A stretch of 64,000 bases of DNA from Candidatus Babelota bacterium (lineage in GTDB: Bacteria; Babelota; Babeliae; Babelales; JACPOV01), in the NCBI GenBank assembly GCA_022707425.1, contig JAKJAQ010000005.1:10988-74987 (forward strand), in the 5' to 3' direction. Below, piece after piece: positions 16,896-27,417 of the stretch. Positions within the stretch are counted from its first letter, which is position 1. Each line of letters opens with the position of its first letter. A program made the translations under genes and the position numbers. Under the pieces are notes generated by a model. That model was not told the DNA's origin, ran no database searches, and was given only the letters and a program-made list of their open reading frames with translations.

Positions 16896-18977
16896 ATGGT
16901 AAAAAAATTTCGTCTCGATGAATTTGGATACGAAGTAGTCCTCAATAAATATGCTCAGCAAGCTGATGGTGCAGTATGGTTTCAACAAGGTGGTACAGTA
17001 GTTTTAGCTACTGTTGTTTCAGCTCCATCTCCTGAGTTTCCTGGTTTTTTACCATTGACTATTGATTATCGTGAGCAGTTCGCTGCTGCAGGTAAAATTC
17101 CCGGTGGTTATTTCAAACGGGAAGGTAAATTTACCGACAAAGAAGTTTTAACCGGTCGCCTGATTGACCGAGCAATACGACCTTTGTTCCCTGAAAATTA
17201 TTTTCATCAAATTCAAGGGTTGGCAACGGTCTATTCTGTTGATAAAGAGCATTCTCCACATATTTCAGCACTTGTTGGAATGTCGTTAGCTCTTACAATT
17301 TCAAAAATTCCTTTTATGGGTCCGGTTGGTGCAATTGAAGTAGCGCGTGTTAATGGTGAATGGATTTTCAATCCAACCTACAGTCAATCACTTGCATCTG
17401 ACGTTAAAATTATCGTTGCTGGTACTGCTGAAGGTATTTGCATGGTAGAAGGATGCACAAACGAAATTTCTGAAGAACAGTTTGTGGATATTCTCTTCCG
17501 TGCACATGAAAAAATTAAAAAACAAGTAGCATGGCAAGAAGAAATCGCACGTGAAGTACATGTGCCAAAAGAAGCTATTGAAGATCTTGCGCAATGGAAT
17601 GAGTGGAAAGAAAAAATTAAATCTTTCTTAACGCTCGATAAAGTTTCTGCCATTTTTATGACAGATAAAATTAAGCGCGATGAAACGATGGAAAAACTTC
17701 ATGATGAAATGAAAAAACATTTTGAAGCAGCAGCCACTGAAGAAAAAATGTCGATGTCTGTGATCGACTATATTTACGATTCTGTCTTAAAAGAAAAAAT
17801 TACTTCCCATATTTTTGAAACGGGTAAACGAATTGATGAACGTGGGTTCGATCAAGTTCGAAAAATTTCTGTTGAAGTTGGGTTGTTGCCATTTACTCAT
17901 GGATCAGCATTATTCACTCGTGGACGCACGCAAGTTCTTGCAAGCGTAACAATGGGTGGAGGGCAAGATGAGCAAAAAATTGAAGATTTAATGGGCAATA
18001 CGATTGAAAAATCGTTTATGCTTCACTATAATTTCCCGCCATTTTCGGCTGGTGATGTTCGCCCAATGCGTGGACCAGGTCGTCGCGAAGTTGGCCATGG
18101 CTATTTAGCTGCATCTGCTTTGCATTTTATATTGCCAACTAAAGAACAATTTCCCTATACCGTTCGTGTTGTTGCTGACGTTTTAGAATCGGATGGCTCA
18201 ACCTCTATGGGTACTGTTTGTAGTTCTGTTATGGCTCTGATGAATGCTGGTGTGCCAATTCGCAAAATGGTGAGCGGTACTGCAATGGGATTATTGCGTA
18301 GCTCAACCGGCACTTTCCAAGCATTGACCGATATTAGTGGAACTGAAGATGCCTACGGATTAATGGACTTCAAAGTTGCTGGTACTGCTGATGGTATTAC
18401 CGCAATTCAAATGGATATTAAATACAAAGGTGGATTACCACGTTCGGTTTTTGAAAAAGCATTAGAACAAGCAAAACGCGGTCGTTTGCACATTTTGGGT
18501 GAAATGCAAAAAGTGATGACTGCACCAAATCCAACCTTATCAGATTTGGTACCAAAAATTGTTACTTTCAAAGTTGAAACCGATAAGATCGGTGCAATTA
18601 TTGGAACGGGTGGCAAAGTTATTCGTGAAATCATCGAAAAAACCGGCACTATGATTGATATTGAAGGTGATGGAACAGTCAAAATCTTTGGTGGCCCAGA
18701 AGCTAAGATTGATGAAGCGGTTAATTGGGTAAAACTACTTGGTGGTTTAATTGACCGTGGTTCGATTTATCGCGGTAAAATTAGACGCATTGCCGATTTT
18801 GGTATTTTTGTTGAATTGGTTCCTGGCCAAGATGGCTTAGTTCACATTTCAATGATTCCACGCGAAAAACAGCGTAATCTTTCACAAGAATATCCGATTG
18901 ATAGCGATGTGATGGTTGAAGTTATTGATTACGATCCAGTAACTGGCAGAATCAGATTACGCATGGTAGATCAATAG
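16896..18977 (+). CDS. pnp: Polynucleotide phosphorylase
   Basis: Two RNase PH-like domains, a KH segment (IGAIIGTGGKVIREI) and an S1 segment (GKIRRIADFGIFVEL.PGQDGLVHIS); 693 aa. Confidence 0.95.
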   Translation: MVKKFRLDEFGYEVVLNKYAQQADGAVWFQQGGTVVLATVVSAPSPEFPGFLPLTIDYREQFAAAGKIPGGYFKREGKFTDKEVLTGRLIDRAIRPLFPENYFHQIQGLATVYSVDKEHSPHISALVGMSLALTISKIPFMGPVGAIEVARVNGEWIFNPTYSQSLASDVKIIVAGTAEGICMVEGCTNEISEEQFVDILFRAHEKIKKQVAWQEEIAREVHVPKEAIEDLAQWNEWKEKIKSFLTLDKVSAIFMTDKIKRDETMEKLHDEMKKHFEAAATEEKMSMSVIDYIYDSVLKEKITSHIFETGKRIDERGFDQVRKISVEVGLLPFTHGSALFTRGRTQVLASVTMGGGQDEQKIEDLMGNTIEKSFMLHYNFPPFSAGDVRPMRGPGRREVGHGYLAASALHFILPTKEQFPYTVRVVADVLESDGSTSMGTVCSSVMALMNAGVPIRKMVSGTAMGLLRSSTGTFQALTDISGTEDAYGLMDFKVAGTADGITAIQMDIKYKGGLPRSVFEKALEQAKRGRLHILGEMQKVMTAPNPTLSDLVPKIVTFKVETDKIGAIIGTGGKVIREIIEKTGTMIDIEGDGTVKIFGGPEAKIDEAVNWVKLLGGLIDRGSIYRGKIRRIADFGIFVELVPGQDGLVHISMIPREKQRNLSQEYPIDSDVMVEVIDYDPVTGRIRLRMVDQ

Positions 18978-18986
18978 GCTTTATAC

Positions 18987-19763
18987 ATGCAACGTTCATA
19001 CAATCGCCAAGTGCATGAATTGAGACCAATTCGACTCGTGTATAACATTTTTGAGTATGCTGATGGTTCAACATTATTTGAAATTGGTAAAACGCGGGTC
19101 GTTTGTGCGATCACTCTTGCTCCTGGAGTTCCGCATTTTCTAAAAGGAAAACAGCAGGGCTGGCTGAGTGCATCATATTCACTCTTGCCAGCTTCAACTA
19201 AATCGCGCATAGAACGTGATTCTGTTGCAAAACGGAATGAACGTTCGGTCGAAATCTCTCGTCTTATTGGGCGCGTATTGCGCACGATTGTAAAATTACC
19301 CCTTATTGGTGAACGTACCATTTACGTTGATTGTGATGTGCTGCAAGCGGATGGTGGCACCAGAACTGGTTGCATTACTGCTGCGGGTGCGGCGCTGAGA
19401 ATGGCGCAGGACAAATGGTTGAAAAACGGTTTGATTAATGAGCCAATTTTGGTTGATGACGTTGCTGCCGTTTCTATTGGTGTAGTTGATGAAACCTGTT
19501 TAGTGGATTTAGATTTTGCTGAAGATAGTCAAGCAGATGCCGATTTCAATTTTGTATTTACTAAATCGGGAAAAATTTTAGAAGTACAAGGTACTGCTGA
19601 ACGAACTGCAATTTCGTGGCAAGCGGTTGAAAAAATGGGTACACTTGCATTTAATGCAACACAAAAACTTTTCGATTACTGTTTAGCGCAGCCGTACAAA
19701 AATCAATCACCAATGATCAACAATAGCGTAGACCGTATCGATCAACATCCAGCAGTATTATGA
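18987..19763 (+). CDS. rph: Ribonuclease PH
   Basis: ELRPIRLVYNIFEYADGSTLFEIGKTRVVCAI, RSVEISRLIGR.LR, and DCDVLQADGGTRT. Confidence 0.9.
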   Translation: MQRSYNRQVHELRPIRLVYNIFEYADGSTLFEIGKTRVVCAITLAPGVPHFLKGKQQGWLSASYSLLPASTKSRIERDSVAKRNERSVEISRLIGRVLRTIVKLPLIGERTIYVDCDVLQADGGTRTGCITAAGAALRMAQDKWLKNGLINEPILVDDVAAVSIGVVDETCLVDLDFAEDSQADADFNFVFTKSGKILEVQGTAERTAISWQAVEKMGTLAFNATQKLFDYCLAQPYKNQSPMINNSVDRIDQHPAVL

Positions 19764-20743
19764 ATATTTCAACATTCTTGAAAGCGGTGCACGAACCCAA
19801 CTGGGCTTCGCGCTTTGCTGTTGTATGCCTAAAAAGTAAACATTATCCTCTCTTGGCTAGTTCATTTTTGTTGAACAAGCTTAAAATTATCAGTGGATTA
19901 CAAACAATTTCGCTTGACGTTGGACAACTTGAAGATGGTGAACTCAAAGCACAATTGGCAGTGTCATTTCTCGGGCAACGAATGCTCTATTGCCTTGGTG
20001 ATTTGTCATTACTTGATGCAAAACGGCACAAAGCACTCATTGCATTTTTGCAATCATATCGCGGCCCGCATGCTCTTTATTTTTATAGTGATCAATTTGA
20101 TTCAAAAAATGAACAACACAGTACCATTGATCTTCTTGAAACAATAGTGTGTGATGAGTTAAAAATTATTGCTGCACAGGTGCTTGATGCGCAACAAGTG
20201 GCAGTGCTCGATCTTTTATTGACTGCACAATCGTACCAATTGGAAAATGCATTCTTATTATTGTCATATGTTGAAATTATGAGCAAACCAATGGTTACTG
20301 AATTTAAAAAATCATGGTTTCACAAATTGATTAGTCCTGAAAGTTCATTGTTTACCTTAAGCAGTTTGTTTTTTGCACGGCAAGAAAAACAATTTTTTTT
20401 ACAATGGCACATCATCAAAGATGATTATCCACCTGCATTTTGGACTACTTTTTGGTCAGAGCAACTATTTCGTGCATCATCATTTATTGCACTGATGCGT
20501 GCAGGACAAACAGCGCAAGCGAAAAAAATTGCATTCAGATTACCATTTACTTTTTTAAAAAAAGAATGGCAACAATACAAACAGACACAATTAGCTTGTG
20601 CGCATGATTTTTTGTATCGTATCGATTGCTCACTGAAAAACGGTGGAGAACCATTTAGTCTCGAGTTGTTTTATCTCAAATTTTTTCTTGATGAATTTAA
20701 GTTAGCTCCGGTGATGAGCCATGCAAAAAATCTCATGCATTGA
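19760..20743 (+). CDS. Hypothetical protein, possibly DNA polymerase III delta subunit (HolA-like)
   Basis: Size (327 aa) and a helical C-terminal half ending with ...AHDFLYRIDCSLKNGG are reminiscent of delta. The similarity is weak and comes from memory only. The start overlaps the rph stop (ATGA). Confidence 0.35.
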   Translation: MNISTFLKAVHEPNWASRFAVVCLKSKHYPLLASSFLLNKLKIISGLQTISLDVGQLEDGELKAQLAVSFLGQRMLYCLGDLSLLDAKRHKALIAFLQSYRGPHALYFYSDQFDSKNEQHSTIDLLETIVCDELKIIAAQVLDAQQVAVLDLLLTAQSYQLENAFLLLSYVEIMSKPMVTEFKKSWFHKLISPESSLFTLSSLFFARQEKQFFLQWHIIKDDYPPAFWTTFWSEQLFRASSFIALMRAGQTAQAKKIAFRLPFTFLKKEWQQYKQTQLACAHDFLYRIDCSLKNGGEPFSLELFYLKFFLDEFKLAPVMSHAKNLMH

Positions 20744-21937
20744 AAGAAATAATGATTGATTAATCGTTCGCGCGATGGTTCCATCATTATTTTTTAATTT
20801 TATCAACTGATTATTATGTTGCGCATCAAATAATTGTTCAAATGTTTCAATTCCCACAAACAATTCGTTTAATTTTTTTTCAAAGACTGAGCCGTAACCA
20901 TATTGATAGCCAAGAACACTAATTACTTTATTGCGCGCAAGATTACTGACTGCAAAAAGAGCTCCGGGCACCCAAAGTAAATCGCCTCTCTTTAAATCAT
21001 CAATCGAAGTTATTGGTGACATGCTGTTTTTTGCAGTAAGAGTATTTTTAAAAAAATAGGGAATCTGACAAATTTGCGCTGCACGCAAAATTAATCCGGA
21101 GCAATCAAAACCAGAAAGTGGATATTCTTCATTTTCTAAGAACCAAAAAAATCCTCTATTGTCACCTTTTTTTTCTTTAAGCGAAAACTGAATACGTTTA
21201 TAGATTTGCGCAAACGATACGCCACCCCAAACGAATGGAATCGCGCCATTTGGCAGATGAGCCCACAGAGTAAGTAAATCAACAAATGCAGCAATTTGTT
21301 CTGAATGGTTTTTATAGGTAGTTGCGGCACAATATTTTTTGGGTAACTCAATTTTTTTAAAATTATGCTCTGACGGAGTGTACATATATACCCGATACGA
21401 TTCGTGAGATTCGCTTTTGGCAATAAATCGTGTTCCAGCTGAAAAGGTGCGACGAGTAAGTGGATCAAAAAAAGGCAATTTAAGTGTAACGGTTAGTTGG
21501 AATGAAGAAAGTTCATTTTTTTGTGATGAAATCGGTTTTGGTACATGACTGGTTATAAAATGTGCATTACCTAATTGATCCAATGGTAAAAGATATTTTT
21601 TGAGTGTCCAGCACATAGTTCTTTTATCATGAGTTTCAGAATCAAGATAAAACATAGTTGGCAATTGAATGAGCACTTGACCATCAGTTTGTTCTTTAAT
21701 AATGGTTACAATTTCATTAAATAATAGTTGATGTAATCGTGGACAAACTACTTTATCAGTTTTGTGCGGGCCCCATGAAGCTGGAATCTTATTGTATTGG
21801 CTTGAACTGCTCAAATGTTCGAATGGTTCACCAATTGCATTAGCAACTGGTACTACAACAAGCGCTTTTTTTGAATAGGGATATAACGAAAAATAATTAG
21901 CCATTAAAAAAAGTAGAATGAACAGATTTTTTTTCAT
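20702..21937 (-). CDS. Secreted NlpC/P60-like (C40) domain protein
   Basis: The internal start MKKNLFILLFLMANYF has an AAGGAG Shine-Dalgarno sequence and gives a signal peptide. The C-terminal block GFDCSGLILRAAQ...RGDLLWVPG resembles the NlpC/P60 catalytic Cys region. Confidence 0.5.
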   Translation of the reverse strand: MKKNLFILLFLMANYFSLYPYSKKALVVVPVANAIGEPFEHLSSSSQYNKIPASWGPHKTDKVVCPRLHQLLFNEIVTIIKEQTDGQVLIQLPTMFYLDSETHDKRTMCWTLKKYLLPLDQLGNAHFITSHVPKPISSQKNELSSFQLTVTLKLPFFDPLTRRTFSAGTRFIAKSESHESYRVYMYTPSEHNFKKIELPKKYCAATTYKNHSEQIAAFVDLLTLWAHLPNGAIPFVWGGVSFAQIYKRIQFSLKEKKGDNRGFFWFLENEEYPLSGFDCSGLILRAAQICQIPYFFKNTLTAKNSMSPITSIDDLKRGDLLWVPGALFAVSNLARNKVISVLGYQYGYGSVFEKKLNELFVGIETFEQLFDAQHNNQLIKLKNNDGTIARTINQSLFLSMHEIFCMAHHRS

Positions 21938-22022
21938 GCTGTCTCCTTGGTAAACAGTGCTCTTGAAAAATAGCCTACCAAAAATCAGGAGATCGATACA
22001 AAAGGCAATTACTGAGTGGTGC

Positions 22023-22652
22023 TTATTTTTTACTAAAACGTTCTGGTTGAATGATCCCACCAGAAATAATAAGTGACATTGCTTCTTGGCGAGTCAGATC
22101 GATCGAAATGATTTCGTTTTCAGGAACCGCTACTAAAAATCCGGTTGTTGGATTTGGCGTTGTAGGAATAAATACTTTAAAATACCGTTTGTCTTGTTGT
22201 GGCGAGATAGCTGAAGGAACTTCACTTGTAAGAAAACCAACACTGTACAAACCAGAACGCGGAAACTCAACAAACACTACTTTTTGAAACGTTAGTTTAT
22301 CAGGCACGGTGAACGCTTGCACCAGTTGTTTGATTCCTGAATATACGGGGCTGAACAATGGAATTTTTGAAGCAATTCTTTCAATCATATGTAAAAATCG
22401 TTGCAAGAAAAAAAGTCTAAAAATTGCACCAGTAAGCAAAATTAAGATTAACACTAAAATAAATTCTGAATGAGGTATTGCTTGTAAATAGAGCGGCTCA
22501 AGTCGGTAAAGCGGAGCGAGCCAACTTTTGAGTAATCGAAAGAAAAAGGCAAATACGGCAATGGTGAATGTGATGGGCAATATGATTAATAACCCATTAA
22601 AAAAAATTGATTTTATACCGTCAAAAAAACGTCTAAGCCATCCGTGTTGCAT
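22023..22652 (-). CDS. DUF502-family membrane protein
   Basis: Two N-terminal TM helices, plus IPTTPNPTTGFLVAVPENEIISIDLTRQEAMSLIISGG, which matches the conserved DUF502 C-terminal signature. I set the start at the Met just downstream of the glmM stop. Confidence 0.7.
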   Translation of the reverse strand: MQHGWLRRFFDGIKSIFFNGLLIILPITFTIAVFAFFFRLLKSWLAPLYRLEPLYLQAIPHSEFILVLILILLTGAIFRLFFLQRFLHMIERIASKIPLFSPVYSGIKQLVQAFTVPDKLTFQKVVFVEFPRSGLYSVGFLTSEVPSAISPQQDKRYFKVFIPTTPNPTTGFLVAVPENEIISIDLTRQEAMSLIISGGIIQPERFSKK

Positions 22653-22665
22653 AGGTGCCTTTCTT

Positions 22666-23982
22666 TTATGAAATCGCTTTTTGCAATGTTTGCGATAATA
22701 ACGTACCAAGTGTCTGTGCGTGATCGCAATCATCATCTTCGATCATGATTCGAAGAAGTGGCTCAGTACCAGAATAGCGCACCAGTAGTCGCCCATTGTG
22801 CAGTTGTTTCAATGTTGTTTCAATAATATCACTCAATGGTGGAAGCGCAAGATCTTTTTTGTTTTTAACGGGGATATTGATAATGATTTGAGGAAATTTT
22901 ACAAACGTGCTCATTTCCCAATTATGAGTGCGTATCAATGTTTGTATAACACGCAACGCCGTAAAAATGCCATCACCAGTTGGTAAATAATCGTTCAGAA
23001 TAATGTGCCCTGATGGTTCACCACCAAGTAATAAGTTGTGTTGATTGAGATGCTCAGCTATATATTTATCACCAACTGCGGTGCGCACTAATCCAATACC
23101 GTGTTTGCGCAGATGCAGTTCAAATCCTTGGTTGGTCATTACGGTTCCAACCATTGTTTTTGTTGATTGATAGAGATGATGATCAAGCAATAATGCCAAT
23201 AAATCATCGCCGTTTTTAAGTTGTCCGTACATATTCACTGCAATGACACGATCACCATCACCGTCAAACGCAAAACCAATATCGGCATGTTCATCAATAA
23301 CTGCTTTTTGAAGTGCTTGTGTGTGCAATGCACCACATTGTTTGTTGATATTCATACCATTTGGATTATTAAACAATGTTATTACCGTTGCACCTAATTG
23401 TTGAAAAATTGTTGGAGCAATTGAACTTGTTGCACCATGTGCACAATCAAGTACTACTTTTTTTCCTCGCATTAAATCTGCTGGAAAATGATCAATAATA
23501 ATTCTTTGATATTGATCTTGTGCATCAGCCATAATTTTTTCGCAACCCAAACTTGTATAGTGAAAATCTTTTTCTTGAGCAAGTAATGAACTAATTAATT
23601 GTTCATCATATAGATTGAGTTTGCCTGACGCTGCATCAATAATTTTAATACCATTATCATGGTACGGATTGTGTGAAGCTGAAATGATAATCGCCGCATC
23701 AAAAAAAGTGTGTTTACGCATGAGTGCTAAAAGTGCTGGCGAAGGAAGTACGCCCGCATCATGGACCGTAATTGGATGAGTAAAAAGTGCACTTTTTAGA
23801 ATCGATTTTACTAAAGCGCATGAGGCTCGTGTGTCATGTGCCAATAATAATGTTGGTGTTGGGCCATACCGCTCGAGCGCCCACAACGCAAGTGCATTAC
23901 CAATGTTTAATAATGAAGACATAACAAACGGTTCGCCGCCCATTGCGCCGCGAATCCCGTCAGTACCGAAAATCGATTTCAT
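22666..23982 (-). CDS. glmM: Phosphoglucosamine mutase
   Basis: MKSIFGTDGIRG, active-site SASHNPYHDNGIK, FDGDGDR, GGEPSGH, and the C-terminal VRYSGTEPLLRIM. Confidence 0.95.
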   Translation of the reverse strand: MKSIFGTDGIRGAMGGEPFVMSSLLNIGNALALWALERYGPTPTLLLAHDTRASCALVKSILKSALFTHPITVHDAGVLPSPALLALMRKHTFFDAAIIISASHNPYHDNGIKIIDAASGKLNLYDEQLISSLLAQEKDFHYTSLGCEKIMADAQDQYQRIIIDHFPADLMRGKKVVLDCAHGATSSIAPTIFQQLGATVITLFNNPNGMNINKQCGALHTQALQKAVIDEHADIGFAFDGDGDRVIAVNMYGQLKNGDDLLALLLDHHLYQSTKTMVGTVMTNQGFELHLRKHGIGLVRTAVGDKYIAEHLNQHNLLLGGEPSGHIILNDYLPTGDGIFTALRVIQTLIRTHNWEMSTFVKFPQIIINIPVKNKKDLALPPLSDIIETTLKQLHNGRLLVRYSGTEPLLRIMIEDDDCDHAQTLGTLLSQTLQKAIS

Positions 23983-24374
23983 GCTTTTTTTTCCTGAACA
24001 TAAACATCTACTGAAAGTAATGATGGAGTACAGTGTACCAATTTTATATCAGCAGGTACAAAAAAATGATCTTTGGTGAGTGCGATACTATTTTTACCAA
24101 GTGTTAATTGTTGTGCATTTATGTGAACTGCTTGCAAAGCAGTGGACAAATAATTTGCTTGATTGCGTTTATGGCATACCGTGACTGAAATATCTTTTTG
24201 ATTTTTAATGATCATTCCTTCAGGAACATCATACCACACAACTGGCACCTGCACTGTTTGTTCAACAACTTGTGTTTGACTTAGTAAAAACCATAATGAA
24301 TAACCCGCAAGTAGCGAAGCGGTTTTAAGAATGAAGTTGCTCGTGATTGTTTGTTTGATCAGGTTTGATTTCAT
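23979..24374 (-). CDS. Small membrane-anchored protein in the CdaR/YbbR position
   Basis: One N-terminal TM helix followed by a beta-rich region. The call rests mainly on its position between the cdaA-like gene and glmM, which is the conserved cdaA-cdaR-glmM order. It overlaps both neighbours. Confidence 0.5.
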   Translation of the reverse strand: MKSNLIKQTITSNFILKTASLLAGYSLWFLLSQTQVVEQTVQVPVVWYDVPEGMIIKNQKDISVTVCHKRNQANYLSTALQAVHINAQQLTLGKNSIALTKDHFFVPADIKLVHCTPSLLSVDVYVQEKKA

Positions 24375-25167
24375 AATGATCTCCTTGTGTGTGCACCGGT
24401 TTCTGGTTATTGAGTACCTGTTGTTTAATGAGAGTGACTAATTGTTTTGCCGTTATTTGTTCTATGAGCGAATTGTTCACAATAAAAGTAAAACCTGCGT
24501 GTGTTGGATTGAGCATAAATACAAGTGCGTCAGTTTTTTGTGCTAACCGTTGCATTGCTGCAATAAGAGTGTCACTAGTGGTTCCTTTAATAGTGCAATG
24601 AATACCGCGCACTATGCCTTCTTTGGTAATATAAAATGCGGTTGTTTGATCATAGGAAGGACTATCAATGAGAACTGAAAGAACTGATAGATTTACGGGC
24701 GTGTTGAGACTAATGGGGCAATCGATGAGCAATTGGAGCGCATCTCGCTGTTCAATAATGCACACAAAAGATTTATTTTGTGATCGTGCATGCAAAGCAG
24801 AGCGAATCAGAAGTTCAATCCACTCATGAGAAATTTCGGTCGTTGTAGGAGAAATTGCATTTTGAACGGTCACAAAGTTTTTTTGCAACGATTCTTGATG
24901 AAACAACATACTCAGCATAATCATACTCGGGCCATAGAACCATAAAAATGAACTTACGGTGGGTAAAGAAAATAATGAAATAAAAATCAAACAAAAACAG
25001 TACGCAAAAAACGTTGCGAGTAATGTTGAATTGCGGTCTCGTTTCAACCAAAGAGAAATACGATAAAGTAATGAACTGAAAATAATAATTTCGACTATAT
25101 CTTTCCAATTAAACAGGCCCAAGTGATTGCAGATCACGCGAGCACCATGCCAAACTTGCATTAACAA
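24325..25167 (-). CDS. CdaA-like membrane protein with a diadenylate-cyclase fold and degenerate catalytic motifs
   Basis: Three N-terminal TM helices with W.DIVEIIIFSSLLYRISLWLK, as in CdaA. The C-terminal domain aligns to the DAC domain, but the DGA and RHR positions read QTT and TLI. Confidence 0.6.
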   Translation of the reverse strand: MLMQVWHGARVICNHLGLFNWKDIVEIIIFSSLLYRISLWLKRDRNSTLLATFFAYCFCLIFISLFSLPTVSSFLWFYGPSMIMLSMLFHQESLQKNFVTVQNAISPTTTEISHEWIELLIRSALHARSQNKSFVCIIEQRDALQLLIDCPISLNTPVNLSVLSVLIDSPSYDQTTAFYITKEGIVRGIHCTIKGTTSDTLIAAMQRLAQKTDALVFMLNPTHAGFTFIVNNSLIEQITAKQLVTLIKQQVLNNQKPVHTQGDHYEIKPDQTNNHEQLHS

Positions 25168-25259
25168 CTCCCATGTAAAATGAGGATGATTTTTTATTTC
25201 TTATTCTTAATAAAACTAAGAGCAGAGAGCAATGTTTCACAAAAAAAGGAGGCGGTGGA

Positions 25260-26659
<1,400 letters not shown>

Positions 26660-26674
26660 TTAAAAAGGAGAGAA

Positions 26675-27280
26675 GTGAAGAAAATAACAAGAAATACACT
26701 CATTTCGATCATTGTCATCGCTATTTTAGGCATCTTGTTTGTAGCAAGCATATTTATGTATTGGTACCAGGTGCGAATTGATACAAACGAGCTGATTTCA
26801 CAACAAGTGGTGGAATTACAGCAGATATTTAAAAAAATTGATGAAGCTGCTGGCATTGTCGATTTTGATCATCAAAAAAGTTACATCGATTTTCTAAATG
26901 TTGGTTCATTTTCAGGTTCCGAAGTAGGTGCCATGAACCTACGCAATCCCAAAAAGTGGCAAGGACCGTATTTAAAAGAAAACCCAACGATTCAAGAACA
27001 AAATTACCAAATTGTACGTACTAAAAAAGGGTTTTTCATTGTTCCAGGTGACGGAGTTGTGCTGAGCAATGGAAAAATTATAGGAAAAGATATTATTTTT
27101 GATGAAAACGCCGACATTCCAGCAATGATGAGTGATCCAACAATGCTCAATTTTCAAAATAAAGCATTAGCAGCACCGCTTCAAATGAGTGGACAAAAAA
27201 TGCCAGATTTACTTATTGATACTGATACATTTGATGTTGGTTCAACTAGCGAAATTCAACCGTTGACCGTTGTCATGTAA
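26675..27280 (+). CDS. Membrane-anchored pilin/pseudopilin-like protein with a degenerate prepilin leader
   Basis: GTG start after AAAGGAGAG. The N-terminus MKKITRNTLISIIVIAILGILFVA parallels the class III leader M-K-K-G-F-T-L-I-E-L-L-V-V-I-A-I-I-G-I-L. The later block KKWQGPYLKENP recalls the GspG-type W.GPYL motif. Confidence 0.4.
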   Translation: MKKITRNTLISIIVIAILGILFVASIFMYWYQVRIDTNELISQQVVELQQIFKKIDEAAGIVDFDHQKSYIDFLNVGSFSGSEVGAMNLRNPKKWQGPYLKENPTIQEQNYQIVRTKKGFFIVPGDGVVLSNGKIIGKDIIFDENADIPAMMSDPTMLNFQNKALAAPLQMSGQKMPDLLIDTDTFDVGSTSEIQPLTVVM

Positions 27281-27417
27281 CAGAATCTGTTGTTAAAGTT
27301 TGTTGAGCAGAAATTTTTCCGTAAAGTAGACAAAAAATGGGACATTTTTATTAAAGAATGATAAAGTGAGGCTCCAATAAAATAAAAGATATTTCTAGAT
27401 TGTTAAAGAGGGATTAT

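Noticed and set aside
21938-22060. An upstream extension of the NlpC/P60-like ORF into the DUF502 gene
   Set aside because: The Met at 21937 has an AAGGAG Shine-Dalgarno sequence and begins a signal peptide. The extension overlaps the 3' end of the DUF502 gene.
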